This document shows positions 30,401-40,215 of a stretch of 64,000 nt of DNA, piece after piece. Location: the IMG/VR virus record IMGVR_UViG_3300008339_000021, positions 1 through 64,000 of that record; one strand, written 5' to 3'. Position numbers and translations under genes: made by a program. The DNA is from a virus. How positions within the stretch are numbered: position 1 is the first letter of the stretch; the number at the start of each line of letters is the position of its first letter. The notes under the pieces were generated by a model that ran no database searches, was not told where the DNA came from, and saw nothing but the letters and a program-made list of their open reading frames with translations.

Positions 30401-33400
30401 AAGTCTGCAGGTTTTCCTAAACCTTCTGGAGCAGGAGCTACAAGATAAGCATCAAATGCAACTTCAAGTTCATTTCTTAAATCATCTGGTAAATCATTCC
30501 AAGTTGCATTTAAGTCAACCTCTTGTCTAGATTCTTTTTTAGGAGCTTGTGTTGTAACAGGTTTTGTTTGTGCCGGAGCTTCTGTTAATTGACCTTTTAA
30601 TTTATTAATGAAAGCATTATATCTTTCATTTGTCTTTTTTACTTGCTCTTGATAATCTTTCCATGCATCAGTTGTTTCAATAGGTGGAACAGCTTCTTGT
30701 TGTAAGTCTTCAGTTTCCTGTTCTATTTTAGCTTGTGCAATTTTATCTAATAATATTTGTTGCAAACCAAACTTAACTAAGGTTGCTCTTTGTCTATCTT
30801 CTACAGATGCACCAGATTTTTTAGTTGATTTAAAGAATTTACTACTTTCTTCTGGATTATTTTGTATTGCAAGCTCAGCTAATTCTGTAAAATTCTCAGG
30901 CACAATATTTTGTTGTGCCATTGTTTCATATAAGTCAAATAATGATGATACATCATTTGCATCTTCAACTAATTTTAAAACAGAATTAAGATCTTTAATA
31001 CCATCTTCAATTTCTTTTTTACTTCTAGGTGCAGGTGGTATTTCTTTTTGCATCCAGGCTTCTTTATTTTCACCTGTTGTTGCTAATAAGTTTTCTTCAA
31101 ACTGTACTTCAAGTTTTTCAAGTTGTCTATCTTTTCTTTCTTGTAGTTGTGAAATTCTAAGTTGTAGCTCTGCATTTTTTGCAGTCTCAGTTACAACTCC
31201 TTCTATTTCTTTTAGTGTTTGGTATCTCTCCAGTGTTTCCATATATCTGTCATATGCCAAACTACCTTCAGGAACTACTAAACCTTTTCTTTCATCATAG
31301 AATTCTTTTGGTGGAATACCTTGATCTCTCCATAGAAGGAAGTCATTTCCCTCCATAAATATTCCTCGGTTTGCTAAAAAATTTAACAAACCATTATCTT
31401 CAATTTGTGATAACTCTTGTGTAGCTATCTCTCTATAGTAATCTCCTTTTTTAAGCCAGAGATCTGTCATCCATTTTTCATTACGGTAGTAAACATCTAA
31501 GAAACCTTTTGGGTCATTCATTAGATTAATTATATCTACCATTTCTCTAGACTCATCATTAAGTTTATAAAAGTCTAGAACTAACTCAAATGAGTCATCT
31601 ATATTTTCTGTAAAGAGATAATCATCTGGTTTTCCAGAAATTGTTTTTAATAAATTCTTATACTGGTCTTCTAGATTTTCAAGTATTTTAGTTTCTATCT
31701 CTTCATTTTTTGGTCCAAATCTATCTTCTAAGTATTGTTCTACTTCTTGATCTGTAACTTCTTCTCCTTCTTCTTTATCTTGTTGTAAGATTGATTTAGC
31801 TCTATTAAAATATCTATCTCTATGATAGTACTCACTAAACTCTTGGTATGCTTCAGAATATTTTTCTAGAGCTTCTGCTTCTTTTAATTTGTCCTTAGCC
31901 ATTTGTTTTGACTCAGGATCACCCACAGCAATAAGATTATTAGCTTCATTTTTTAATAGTCCAATCTCATTTCTCATTTCTTCTGGGCGAAGAATAATAT
32001 CAGATTGTCTTTTAGTCATAGATTGTAATGGTCTTTTCTCATAAAACTTGTTCATGATTCCAACCATTCTTTTTCTTACATCATCAAAAACTTCATTATA
32101 GAAAACAGCAGATTTAATACCATAATTCCAAGTATGATGCATTATATATGCTTGTTCATAGTCTTCACTATCTTTAGGTATTTTGTTGAGATCAATTGGA
32201 TTAGGATATACTTTATTATAGAAGTCCATTCTTTTTTGTATATCTCTTGCTTGAGTTACTAAATCACTAATTCTTGCTTTGTATTTATTAATATCTTCTC
32301 CAGCTAATTTTGGAAAAGCTTCTTTAAACTCATCATTAGTCATGTCCTTATAGCTTTCTACAGCATCTAAGTACATATCTAAAACTCCATAGTCATTAAG
32401 CATCATAAAATGTTGAATCAAAGATTCTGATTCAGCATCCATTACTTCTTTTTTATTTCCTGAATTTTGAACTTTTGCTAATATGTCTTGAGTACCTCCA
32501 TTAAAGAGTCGGCTGTTAAGCATTTCTTCAACACCAAACCCATTCATTTGATTAACAAGCTCATCTACTATTTTTGACTTTTCTGTTTTATATTCCTCAA
32601 ATGTTTTAGGGTCAAATATTTGATTTGCTTTTTCATACAAATAAGTCATGGATTTATTTAATCCACCTGCTAATGCACCCATAGCAAATCCAGAAGCAAA
32701 TGTTGAAAATCCACCAGCTCCTAGTTCTTGAGAATAATATGAAAGAGGTGTTGTACCTTTTCCAAATACAGCTTTACTTATAAGATTTTTTCTAACTGGG
32801 TTACTATAAAATGTGTCTTTATAATATTTTTCATTTGCTGAAGCAATTGTTTCTTGCAAAGATTCTTGAATACCCTCAGTTAAATTTGTTTTAAGATAAC
32901 CAACTGTACCCCATACTGATTTATGTAAAGGTTCTGTTTTCCATTTATTCCACCAAGTTTTAAATCCTCTTTCAGCAAATTTCCATTCATTCTTAGCAAC
33001 ATCAAAACCTATAGTACCTAACTCTCCAAATCTACCACCACCAACAGTTTTCCAGTCAAGCATTTTTTGTCTTAATACTCCTTGAGCACCTACTCTAGGA
33101 TTAAGTATATTATCAAATGCTAGTTTATTTGAGAAGTAAATAATACCAGCATTCATTGCAGAAGTTTCATATGCAGCCTGTTTTGCTTGAGCTACAATAT
33201 CTTGCATCTCTTCATTATTAGGATTTCTGCCAAATTTAATTTGGTAATCTTTATAGATATCTCCAATTAAATTATTATAGACCATACCAGATTCAAGTCT
33301 GGCTTCTGCTAATGCTAAGTTTATATTTCTAAAATCTCTATAGGCAGCTCCTGCAGTTTTTAAATACAGACCTGCAGATTTCATATAGCCAGTAAAGTCA

Positions 33401-34350
33401 TCTGTAGAATTTAATATAGAATAGTAATTATCAGTCAAGTTACTTAATGGATTAAGAACTCTACCAACACCTGACTGCAAACCTCTTTGTATTCTACCTA
33501 TACCATTAGCTTTATTCCAAGCTTCTCTAACTTTATTTATATCTTTTAATTCATCAAGTTTTTGAGCATAGGTAGCTATTCCATCAAATGATTTTCCAGC
33601 TTGGTATTCTTTCCATAGTAAGTTAGCTGCTTTAGGTGCAATAGCTCTAGCTCCAATTAATCCTCCAACAGCTGCTCCTACAAAGTTTTCACCCATAGCA
33701 GTTGCCATAATACCAATTGTATAACCAAGATTGTTTGTTAGATTATTAACAAATGAACCTAAGTTATTTTTAGATGAGTATGTTAAAGCTGATAGTTTAG
33801 CATGCTCTTGAGCTATTCTTGCATCTTCTCCAAAAAAATCTCCTTCATTAATTAACTTTCCTGTACTTGCATATACACTTTTTATTCCTGTTCCAATCAT
33901 AGGAAAAAAAGTTTGAGATAATGTTCTATACATATCTCCAAAGAAATTAGTATTTCTATTGAGTATAGCTTCATTATCTCTTAATGGATGGAACTCTATT
34001 TTACCAGCTTCTTGAATCCCAGAGTATCTATCATAAAAAGTTCCAGTAGGACCTGAATTATAAGAATATATTTTTGCCCATTCATTTTTGTCTTCTTGAT
34101 CTCTAACAGTTGCATCATGCCATTCTTGCATAGCAGCAATGTTAGCCTTTGGATCAAAATTTTTAGGACTACCTTTAGGAACTTGAGACGGTAATGGTCC
34201 AGGAGAGATTCCAATAAATCTCTCTTTTACTTGTATAGGATTAGGTGAAGAACCAGCCATACCCATATCTGTTTGAGGTGGCATAGGAACTGAACCTGCA
34301 TATTCTGCATTTACTCCAGACTGAAAGCTATTTACATTAGTATCCTCCAT
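27493..34350 (-). CDS. Giant virion cargo/ejection protein (2285 aa) with a RecB-like PD-(D/E)XK nuclease domain
   Basis: Gly/Ala-rich hydrophobic segments and EGIQESLQE in the N-terminal half, long coiled coils, and GAMDLV...KIIDIKTG...YRIQQSIY at about 29190-29370. Confidence 0.8.
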   Translation of the reverse strand: MEDTNVNSFQSGVNAEYAGSVPMPPQTDMGMAGSSPNPIQVKERFIGISPGPLPSQVPKGSPKNFDPKANIAAMQEWHDATVRDQEDKNEWAKIYSYNSGPTGTFYDRYSGIQEAGKIEFHPLRDNEAILNRNTNFFGDMYRTLSQTFFPMIGTGIKSVYASTGKLINEGDFFGEDARIAQEHAKLSALTYSSKNNLGSFVNNLTNNLGYTIGIMATAMGENFVGAAVGGLIGARAIAPKAANLLWKEYQAGKSFDGIATYAQKLDELKDINKVREAWNKANGIGRIQRGLQSGVGRVLNPLSNLTDNYYSILNSTDDFTGYMKSAGLYLKTAGAAYRDFRNINLALAEARLESGMVYNNLIGDIYKDYQIKFGRNPNNEEMQDIVAQAKQAAYETSAMNAGIIYFSNKLAFDNILNPRVGAQGVLRQKMLDWKTVGGGRFGELGTIGFDVAKNEWKFAERGFKTWWNKWKTEPLHKSVWGTVGYLKTNLTEGIQESLQETIASANEKYYKDTFYSNPVRKNLISKAVFGKGTTPLSYYSQELGAGGFSTFASGFAMGALAGGLNKSMTYLYEKANQIFDPKTFEEYKTEKSKIVDELVNQMNGFGVEEMLNSRLFNGGTQDILAKVQNSGNKKEVMDAESESLIQHFMMLNDYGVLDMYLDAVESYKDMTNDEFKEAFPKLAGEDINKYKARISDLVTQARDIQKRMDFYNKVYPNPIDLNKIPKDSEDYEQAYIMHHTWNYGIKSAVFYNEVFDDVRKRMVGIMNKFYEKRPLQSMTKRQSDIILRPEEMRNEIGLLKNEANNLIAVGDPESKQMAKDKLKEAEALEKYSEAYQEFSEYYHRDRYFNRAKSILQQDKEEGEEVTDQEVEQYLEDRFGPKNEEIETKILENLEDQYKNLLKTISGKPDDYLFTENIDDSFELVLDFYKLNDESREMVDIINLMNDPKGFLDVYYRNEKWMTDLWLKKGDYYREIATQELSQIEDNGLLNFLANRGIFMEGNDFLLWRDQGIPPKEFYDERKGLVVPEGSLAYDRYMETLERYQTLKEIEGVVTETAKNAELQLRISQLQERKDRQLEKLEVQFEENLLATTGENKEAWMQKEIPPAPRSKKEIEDGIKDLNSVLKLVEDANDVSSLFDLYETMAQQNIVPENFTELAELAIQNNPEESSKFFKSTKKSGASVEDRQRATLVKFGLQQILLDKIAQAKIEQETEDLQQEAVPPIETTDAWKDYQEQVKKTNERYNAFINKLKGQLTEAPAQTKPVTTQAPKKESRQEVDLNATWNDLPDDLRNELEVAFDAYLVAPAPEGLGKPADFRRIDPTRYELIRNNWLERPEQKDIIKAYNERPIDEESALPKIKYLPLTKSITEYGLTQLRVMRDKLQSMYDRNKYDNGDTLTNNDRNAIKNDISELQKYLTYLRSIYKPKDNTNRVFRIFEEMVKNKQNGVSRILDAEGNTVGYEFPGVDGKPMRVTKLTEEIENKMTNKDPYLYEAIKEPYMEGKVQKGGQLLIPFRDLVNDTDIESDAERLNRFMSFLEYTVKDGKLAQLKSQRKLDIIRNALTNNFTEATLIAVVKDVANDESTIAGNTIDNMTRVAFRTDKDGGFIKPEKPAKMSQQAYDNLFGEYGIITELQDSVIDGKYKILSDDVIIYDPTLLDSGLVGAMDLVAFDTETGDLKIIDIKTGKPENWTNFNDDSKFNKKLTYRIQQSIYRALLYNMTGELAKSISILPISITTDMDGNILSAESAAKVVNGPVIRDLKNTILSIEKSSKPDANKIKELENKVEELERAKTVPLEPIDDAKLAEYGVVMKLPNLPDNLKPENVGQETKEPQLTEEQKSTEVKKLKKKIAEVNKKLADIPNGGMISVGDMVATSPQYEQLLAKKKQLETELAKLEKAPKDIKAEEADIEKRRLKELEKRFKTIFDTTPFSIEEIKNEIKEGFDKIEELEKEYNNRFKQIADSERNSRLYQSPELTENFEKGKTESDDWFFNKAKSRVYDKLDFLGAVPVRDIKPFKDLEKLELKIKDLKNVYRKSKDDFDKINAEFDRQLAALKKASTPTKDPIEDELDALKRNFVDNVFPELVSLTSEEFKNILDRIKSAEKLEDLETAYTDAIVAITAETDIQFADLVENVYQIRKNSLKLSTSEENIAEGDYLISKKPIFGITENEVVVVKSKGDGKIVINQVENVKNGKPKKKTFTETQIKAGFTKTTEEALKVEEEIMEPTPEEKENSEISKSSLKDFADNPELIEKAKQNAASMSKKDRLAALKNKSKDDNINNCKPK

Positions 34351-37300
34351 ACTCTCTTCTTTGCTGATTCATTAATTGTTGAATTTTTGGACCATCAAGA
34401 TCACTTGAACTTGCATCACCTGTAAAGAATCTTTCTCTATTATATCTTAAGTTAGCACCTTGATTTGATAATGGGGCAACAAGAGTAACTGTTTTAGAAT
34501 CTTGACCAGGACCCATATATTGTTGATAGCTTGTAGTTACAACTATCTTAGATGGATCTACTGGATCTATTTTATAGTTAAGTGATATACCAGGTAATGT
34601 AGGATCAGTATATGTAACACCTTTAGATCCTGCTTTTTCAATTCTAATTTGTTCTGCTGACTTAAATGAATTTTTATACATACTAACATTTGCCAAATTT
34701 TTAGCATCTGTTATAATGCTTATACCATTTTTAAGTATGTCATTATATTGGTCTTCACTCATAATACCATTACCATCTGAGTCTGGTTTAAATTTCTTCA
34801 AATAGTCTTCAGGTAATTTAAAATTAATTGCTGCTTTAGTTACATCTTCTCCACCAAATGGAGATACAGCAACTTGAAATCTTTTTAAATCCATTCCTTT
34901 TGAGCCAGTTCTTGGATTAAAATCAGCCCATATTGCAGACCATATTTCATTATTTTTTGCTGGGTCATCAATGTTTTCAAATTTATCAGCTACTCCACCA
35001 AATGATACATAGTTTGATCCATCACTTGTTTGTAAATCTAAATTTCTAACTACCCCTCTAAGTTGTAAATAATGATCATATGTAGGTGAACGTACTCCAG
35101 GTTCAACAGTAATACCTGCTCCACCAGTAGTATATAATCCAGTACCAAATTCAGTAAGTGATACTGGTTGATCTAATCCTAATATATCACTTGTTAACAT
35201 ACTATTTTCAGCTAACAAATCATATGCTGCTAACATCTCATCATATTCTTCTGATGTAGAATAGTTATGTCCTGTCCAATGAGAATTACCTTGTGCTAAT
35301 CTAGTTCCATCTTCTTCATCAGTTCCCCATATACTATTATAAATCCAATCCCATGCACCACCACCAAGATACCCTACACCTGTTGCAAGAGCTCCTGTAA
35401 GATATGCAGCAGGTACAGTTACTACTTCTTCAGGTAAAGCAACTTGTGGACCAAGTTGTCCAGCTACTGCTACTGCTGTTGATGTAGCTAGACCACCTGT
35501 ATTCATAGCATTAATAAAACCTGCCATTGACATTCCATTATTTAGAATTATATCTTCTGGAAAATCTCTATGAACATTTGCAATAAATGTCTTTTTGTCA
35601 ACCATATTAAGTTGGTCATCAAATAATTGATTGGCATACATGAAACCTTGAGCTCTAAGCTTATTAGCAGTTTCATTTGCAATGTCTTCTTTATTTTTGA
35701 TTGCTGCTAGTTTGTATGCAGCATAATCATCTAAACTGTGACTTAATGTAATTAAGTTTTTTACTTTACTACTGTTTCTTATATAATAATCATCTTTCTT
35801 CCTATCAATTACATTTAACATTTTTTTAGTCATGTCTGTAATCATGTTTGGAGAAAAGTCAGTCTTTAGACTTGCTTTTGCTAATCCTGCAAGTTTTAAT
35901 TTAGAAGCATCACCTTGTGCAACAAGATCATCTCCCATTTCTGCTGCTGCTTCTCTTTCTAACTCTGTAACATATGTACCTTCCTGAATCATTATATTTA
36001 ATATATCAGTTGGTATATCTTTTGTTGTTACATATCTTTTACCTGTTTTTGGATTAATTTCACCTGTACCTTCTTTAAATTTATCTCCATTTTCTTTTAT
36101 CCACCTTAATACAGGTTCTATATTAAAACTATTTAAGTTTTTATTATCTATAATTTCTAATATTTCTGCATTAGAAATTATTCCCTCTTCTTGCATTTCT
36201 GCAAGTACACTTACCATTGTTTGTTTAGCAGCTTCAGCATCACCAGTATATAAACCATCTATTGTATTAGACAAAGCCATTGGATCATTTGATGGTGTTT
36301 TAGTCATCATTTCAGCAACTCTTTCAATGTTTGCTAACTCTGGCTTTATTTTTAATTCATTAGTTTCTGGATCAATATCATAAAGTCCTGATTCAGCTTT
36401 TGCTTTATATGTTGCTTTATCCATATCAAGCTGATGCTTAAAGAGTGCAACATCTTTTTGTGCAGCAGCTCTTTGTTGAATAAGTGAAGAGTCATACTCA
36501 TATTTCTGTCTTTGTACTGAGAATGGATTTGCTTCATATGATACCTCTCCATGAAGATCTGCCCAATTCATAGCTGCTTGATTGAGATCTGCTAATAGTA
36601 AATTAGAAGCTGTAACTGCATCAACTCTCATTCTTAACAAATCCATGTCATCCATATTAAGAGCACTACCTCCTTGAGTTGTCATAGTCCGGTTAAGATC
36701 TCCATCTAACATTACTAAGTCATTCTCAGCTTGTTTAAGCATTTCAGAAATTTGAGCATTAGCTTCTTTATATTGTTCTAATGAAGTTTGTGTAGTTTCA
36801 ATATCTGTTCCATCTGCAATAGACTTCTCCATTCTAGTGATCATCTTATCATTAGCCATCTTACGGCTTAATAAATCATTCTTAGTAATGAGGGTTTGAT
36901 TCCTCATTACTTTTAGTGTTCTATTTAGATAATCTTTCTCAGCTAACTCAGCATTACCTCCATATTCAGGCCTATCTTTATTTGATGCTACTGTATCTTT
37001 TCTATCAAGATAAGCTTGTGTTACATACATTTCTTTTACTTTAGGATCTTTACCTAAGACAGAATAAAATGTACTTTGTAAAGGGGCAATGGCTTGCTGT
37101 CCATTTTTTTCAGTAACAATCCAATCACCTTGTGGAGTAACTCTTTTAATATCAATCTTCATTTCTGCAGCTAACTCCAATGCTTTCTTCTCTACATTAA
37201 CATATGGAGTATATTTTACATCACCGAAAGATGGTAGTTGCTCATATGGCAAAGCTTTAAATTCTTGTACTTTGTAATCAATTGCTCTTAAACCACCATC

Positions 37301-37714
37301 CCAATATTCAGAGTTTATTTTTTCATCAGTATTATATCTCTTACCTTCACCTAATGATCTTTCAAAACCTACATTTTTTGTGAAGGCCATATCTTTCATT
37401 AAACTGGCATCTTCATAAAAAGGTCTGAATAACTGTGTAGCTTGTTGAACATTTTGCTCAAGTGATAGATCTAAACCAGTAATTCTTTTTAAATCAAAGT
37501 CAATTCTTTTGAAAGTATTATCTCTTTTATTTATACTTTCATCATGAGTTAGCGGAGCATTTAATATCTGACCATATATATTATTTAATCTACTCCAGTT
37601 TTGATCATACTGTGTTTGTTTTAGTTGTAAAACATTTGCAGTAAAATTAAAATCAGGTTGATAAGCCTGGTATTCTGGGATAAATGTTGTGACTCCTGAT
37701 GGATATGTTGCCAT
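34337..37714 (-). CDS. Virion cargo protein (1125 aa) with a putative membrane-inserting segment
   Basis: Helical/coiled-coil protein with the hydrophobic stretch GGLATSTAVAVAGQLGPQVALPEEVVTVPAAYLTGALATGVGYLGGG. It lies just upstream of the RNAP-cluster genes. Confidence 0.7.
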   Translation of the reverse strand: MATYPSGVTTFIPEYQAYQPDFNFTANVLQLKQTQYDQNWSRLNNIYGQILNAPLTHDESINKRDNTFKRIDFDLKRITGLDLSLEQNVQQATQLFRPFYEDASLMKDMAFTKNVGFERSLGEGKRYNTDEKINSEYWDGGLRAIDYKVQEFKALPYEQLPSFGDVKYTPYVNVEKKALELAAEMKIDIKRVTPQGDWIVTEKNGQQAIAPLQSTFYSVLGKDPKVKEMYVTQAYLDRKDTVASNKDRPEYGGNAELAEKDYLNRTLKVMRNQTLITKNDLLSRKMANDKMITRMEKSIADGTDIETTQTSLEQYKEANAQISEMLKQAENDLVMLDGDLNRTMTTQGGSALNMDDMDLLRMRVDAVTASNLLLADLNQAAMNWADLHGEVSYEANPFSVQRQKYEYDSSLIQQRAAAQKDVALFKHQLDMDKATYKAKAESGLYDIDPETNELKIKPELANIERVAEMMTKTPSNDPMALSNTIDGLYTGDAEAAKQTMVSVLAEMQEEGIISNAEILEIIDNKNLNSFNIEPVLRWIKENGDKFKEGTGEINPKTGKRYVTTKDIPTDILNIMIQEGTYVTELEREAAAEMGDDLVAQGDASKLKLAGLAKASLKTDFSPNMITDMTKKMLNVIDRKKDDYYIRNSSKVKNLITLSHSLDDYAAYKLAAIKNKEDIANETANKLRAQGFMYANQLFDDQLNMVDKKTFIANVHRDFPEDIILNNGMSMAGFINAMNTGGLATSTAVAVAGQLGPQVALPEEVVTVPAAYLTGALATGVGYLGGGAWDWIYNSIWGTDEEDGTRLAQGNSHWTGHNYSTSEEYDEMLAAYDLLAENSMLTSDILGLDQPVSLTEFGTGLYTTGGAGITVEPGVRSPTYDHYLQLRGVVRNLDLQTSDGSNYVSFGGVADKFENIDDPAKNNEIWSAIWADFNPRTGSKGMDLKRFQVAVSPFGGEDVTKAAINFKLPEDYLKKFKPDSDGNGIMSEDQYNDILKNGISIITDAKNLANVSMYKNSFKSAEQIRIEKAGSKGVTYTDPTLPGISLNYKIDPVDPSKIVVTTSYQQYMGPGQDSKTVTLVAPLSNQGANLRYNRERFFTGDASSSDLDGPKIQQLMNQQRREYGGY

Positions 37715-37758
37715 AGTATTTTTTATATTATAAAACTATCAAAATTTTTTAAGTTTAT

Positions 37759-37775
37759 TAAATCTATAAAGTTTA
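37759..37775. promoter_or_regulatory. 17-bp imperfect palindrome, copy 1
   Basis: TAAATCTATAAAGTTTA, 15/17 identical to 44888-44904. Both copies lie in short late-region intergenic gaps. Confidence 0.5.
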
Positions 37776-40208
37776 TCAGATTATAAATGGATAGGCATTA
37801 GTAGCAAAAACATAACCTCCATTTGCCATTCTTTGTCCTCCATACATACTCTTATTCAATCTAGATTCTTTATAAGCCATGTCAAATGCTTGTTGATAAT
37901 CTCCAGTTTTACCTAAGTAATATTGTATTCTATCTTCAAGTGTAGCACTTGTTGCACCAGTAAGTGGTTTCTCAACTCCTGTAGGAGCAATAAATCCATA
38001 CTCATACTCAGATGCATATTGTGGAGTAAGTATATTCATATTCTGTCTAGCAGCCATTTCTTTATCTGCATCCATCATAGCACCCATTGTATTGTATCTT
38101 CTTAGATTTTTATTAGCTGTTTCTTGATCTCTGTTAAGCTTTTGTGTATCTAAGGCTCCTTGCATTGCTTGTGCTCTAGCTAACATGTTTGCATTATCAA
38201 TAGTAGCTGTTTGAACATTGGTTTCTCTTTGTCTATCAACATTTCTAGATTGTACATCAGCTACAGCATCCATAGAAGCTCTTAGAGATTTACCAAGAAG
38301 GTCTTTCATTTGAGCTTGCTTAGAACTACTTGATCCAGCCATACCTGTCATTACTGCATTTTGTAATGAATTAATTGCTGCTTGAGCTGTGTCAACTTTA
38401 GTTTGATATTCTTCATAAGCTCCTTTAACTTGTGATCTACCTGGAAGAACAACATTAGATGGTGCAGGTTTAGTTGCTACTAATGCATTACGCATCACAT
38501 TAGTTCTAGCTGCTCTACTCCAATGTGGTGTAGCTGCAGTTGCCATACCTTGAGATAGCTGACCTTGGCTACCATCTTGACATATACAATCTGCTTCATT
38601 TTCAATTGCATACTCTGTTACTTGTCCGGTTACAGGGTCAGTACATCTACATAGAAGACTTTCAGTTTCAGTTATTGTTCCACAAGATGCATCATTAACT
38701 AGGCATTCTCCAGTCTCTGGATCTTTAGGAGCAATTTTAGTATTACCATTTGAATCTTTATATACAGTTCCATCAGGATTTTTACATAGACAGTCTTCAG
38801 TTGGAGTTGCCTCAGTAAAGATTGCTTCTTCTTCTACAGTTTCTCCTTTAACTTCACATCCTTTTAAAAAACCTAATGCACTTGGTGCAGCTATACCAGC
38901 AGCAATTATTTCTTCAGCTGTCCAGCCATAATAATTACCACCAACTTTTTTCATCCATGAACATACATCTTCTTTGGTATAACCACCACCACCTCTGACA
39001 CCTCTACCTGAAGCTTCTCTTTGAGATTTAGTTTGAACATCAGCTTTACCAATTACTTCACCTGTTCTTCTGTTATACTTATATTCACCTTGATCATCTC
39101 GTCTTGTTTCCCAAGTACTGCTTGCATATTCTTCTGGAGATACTTTTCTTGTTGTACCTGGTCTTGTATCTCCACCATTATCAAATCTTGGTACACCACC
39201 ATAAGCCATTTCATTTGGGTAGTAAGGAAAATCATAACCACCCATTTCCATTCCATATGCAGCATAAGGCATTCCACCATAAGCCATCATACCTGGTTGA
39301 GGTGACATTGCTTGTTGTGCCATCATATCTGGAGGAGGCATAGAACCTTGCATCTGAGCCATCATATCTGGTGAAGCTACAGGAGCTCCACTAGGCATTT
39401 GTTGTGGATAAGATGGTTGTGGTTGACCTTGAGCCATCATTGCTTGCTGAGCTTGCATAGCTTGTTCAGGAGCCATCTGTTGCATCTCTTGAGCCATCAT
39501 TGGATTTTGCTCTTGAGGCATTCCTGTTTGTTCTCCAGATCCCATAGCTTGAGCTAAAGCATCAGCTTGTTCTTTTAATTCAGGCATTAAATCTTCTTCA
39601 GAGATTCCATTAGCTTCCATATATGGTTTAGCCATTTCTGGAACACCTTGAGGAAATCCTTTCATAGATTCTTGTACAAGAGCTAGAGCTCCCAGTTTCA
39701 TGATATAATTTTTAATCATGATTGTAGCAGTATCCCTTTCAAGTTTACCACTTTCAGGATCTAAAAGAATTGCTTTGTATTTATTAATGTTATAAGGTTT
39801 AGCTATCTCTGCAGGAGTATAACCTCCTTTTTTAGGAACCTTGTTAAACATTGCTAATACACTAGGATCATTAATTCTTAATGAAGCTGTATCACTAAAG
39901 ATAAATGTGTCATCTGGAAGATTTAAAGGTACACCTCCTTCATGGTGTCTTTTACCTCTTATCTTAAGATGATCTGGAATTGATTGACCAGAGATTGGAC
40001 CAAAAGCAGTTTCACCTCCTTCTGCTTCTAGGTTAGCTTCTTCTCTAGAAACTTCATCTACAGTTTGTTTAACACCCTTATAGTTAGCTTTATCTGATGC
40101 TTTATAATCTCCTCCACCAAATGCTCCTGGTTGTAATGATAATGAACCATCTACTTGTTTACCGTAAGCAGCTTTACCTAATGGCATTTTTGTTATTTGA
40201 ACTCTCAT
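37776..40208 (-). CDS. crAss-like virion/cargo protein (810 aa) with an M/Q/P-rich linker and Cys-rich region
   Basis: N-terminal ANLEAEGGE...GKRHHEGGVPL...IFSD block of the kind seen in crAss-like structural proteins. Repeated AYGG/xxGG motifs and a CxC cluster. Confidence 0.7.
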   Translation of the reverse strand: MRVQITKMPLGKAAYGKQVDGSLSLQPGAFGGGDYKASDKANYKGVKQTVDEVSREEANLEAEGGETAFGPISGQSIPDHLKIRGKRHHEGGVPLNLPDDTFIFSDTASLRINDPSVLAMFNKVPKKGGYTPAEIAKPYNINKYKAILLDPESGKLERDTATIMIKNYIMKLGALALVQESMKGFPQGVPEMAKPYMEANGISEEDLMPELKEQADALAQAMGSGEQTGMPQEQNPMMAQEMQQMAPEQAMQAQQAMMAQGQPQPSYPQQMPSGAPVASPDMMAQMQGSMPPPDMMAQQAMSPQPGMMAYGGMPYAAYGMEMGGYDFPYYPNEMAYGGVPRFDNGGDTRPGTTRKVSPEEYASSTWETRRDDQGEYKYNRRTGEVIGKADVQTKSQREASGRGVRGGGGYTKEDVCSWMKKVGGNYYGWTAEEIIAAGIAAPSALGFLKGCEVKGETVEEEAIFTEATPTEDCLCKNPDGTVYKDSNGNTKIAPKDPETGECLVNDASCGTITETESLLCRCTDPVTGQVTEYAIENEADCICQDGSQGQLSQGMATAATPHWSRAARTNVMRNALVATKPAPSNVVLPGRSQVKGAYEEYQTKVDTAQAAINSLQNAVMTGMAGSSSSKQAQMKDLLGKSLRASMDAVADVQSRNVDRQRETNVQTATIDNANMLARAQAMQGALDTQKLNRDQETANKNLRRYNTMGAMMDADKEMAARQNMNILTPQYASEYEYGFIAPTGVEKPLTGATSATLEDRIQYYLGKTGDYQQAFDMAYKESRLNKSMYGGQRMANGGYVFATNAYPFII

Positions 40209-40215
40209 GTCTTTA

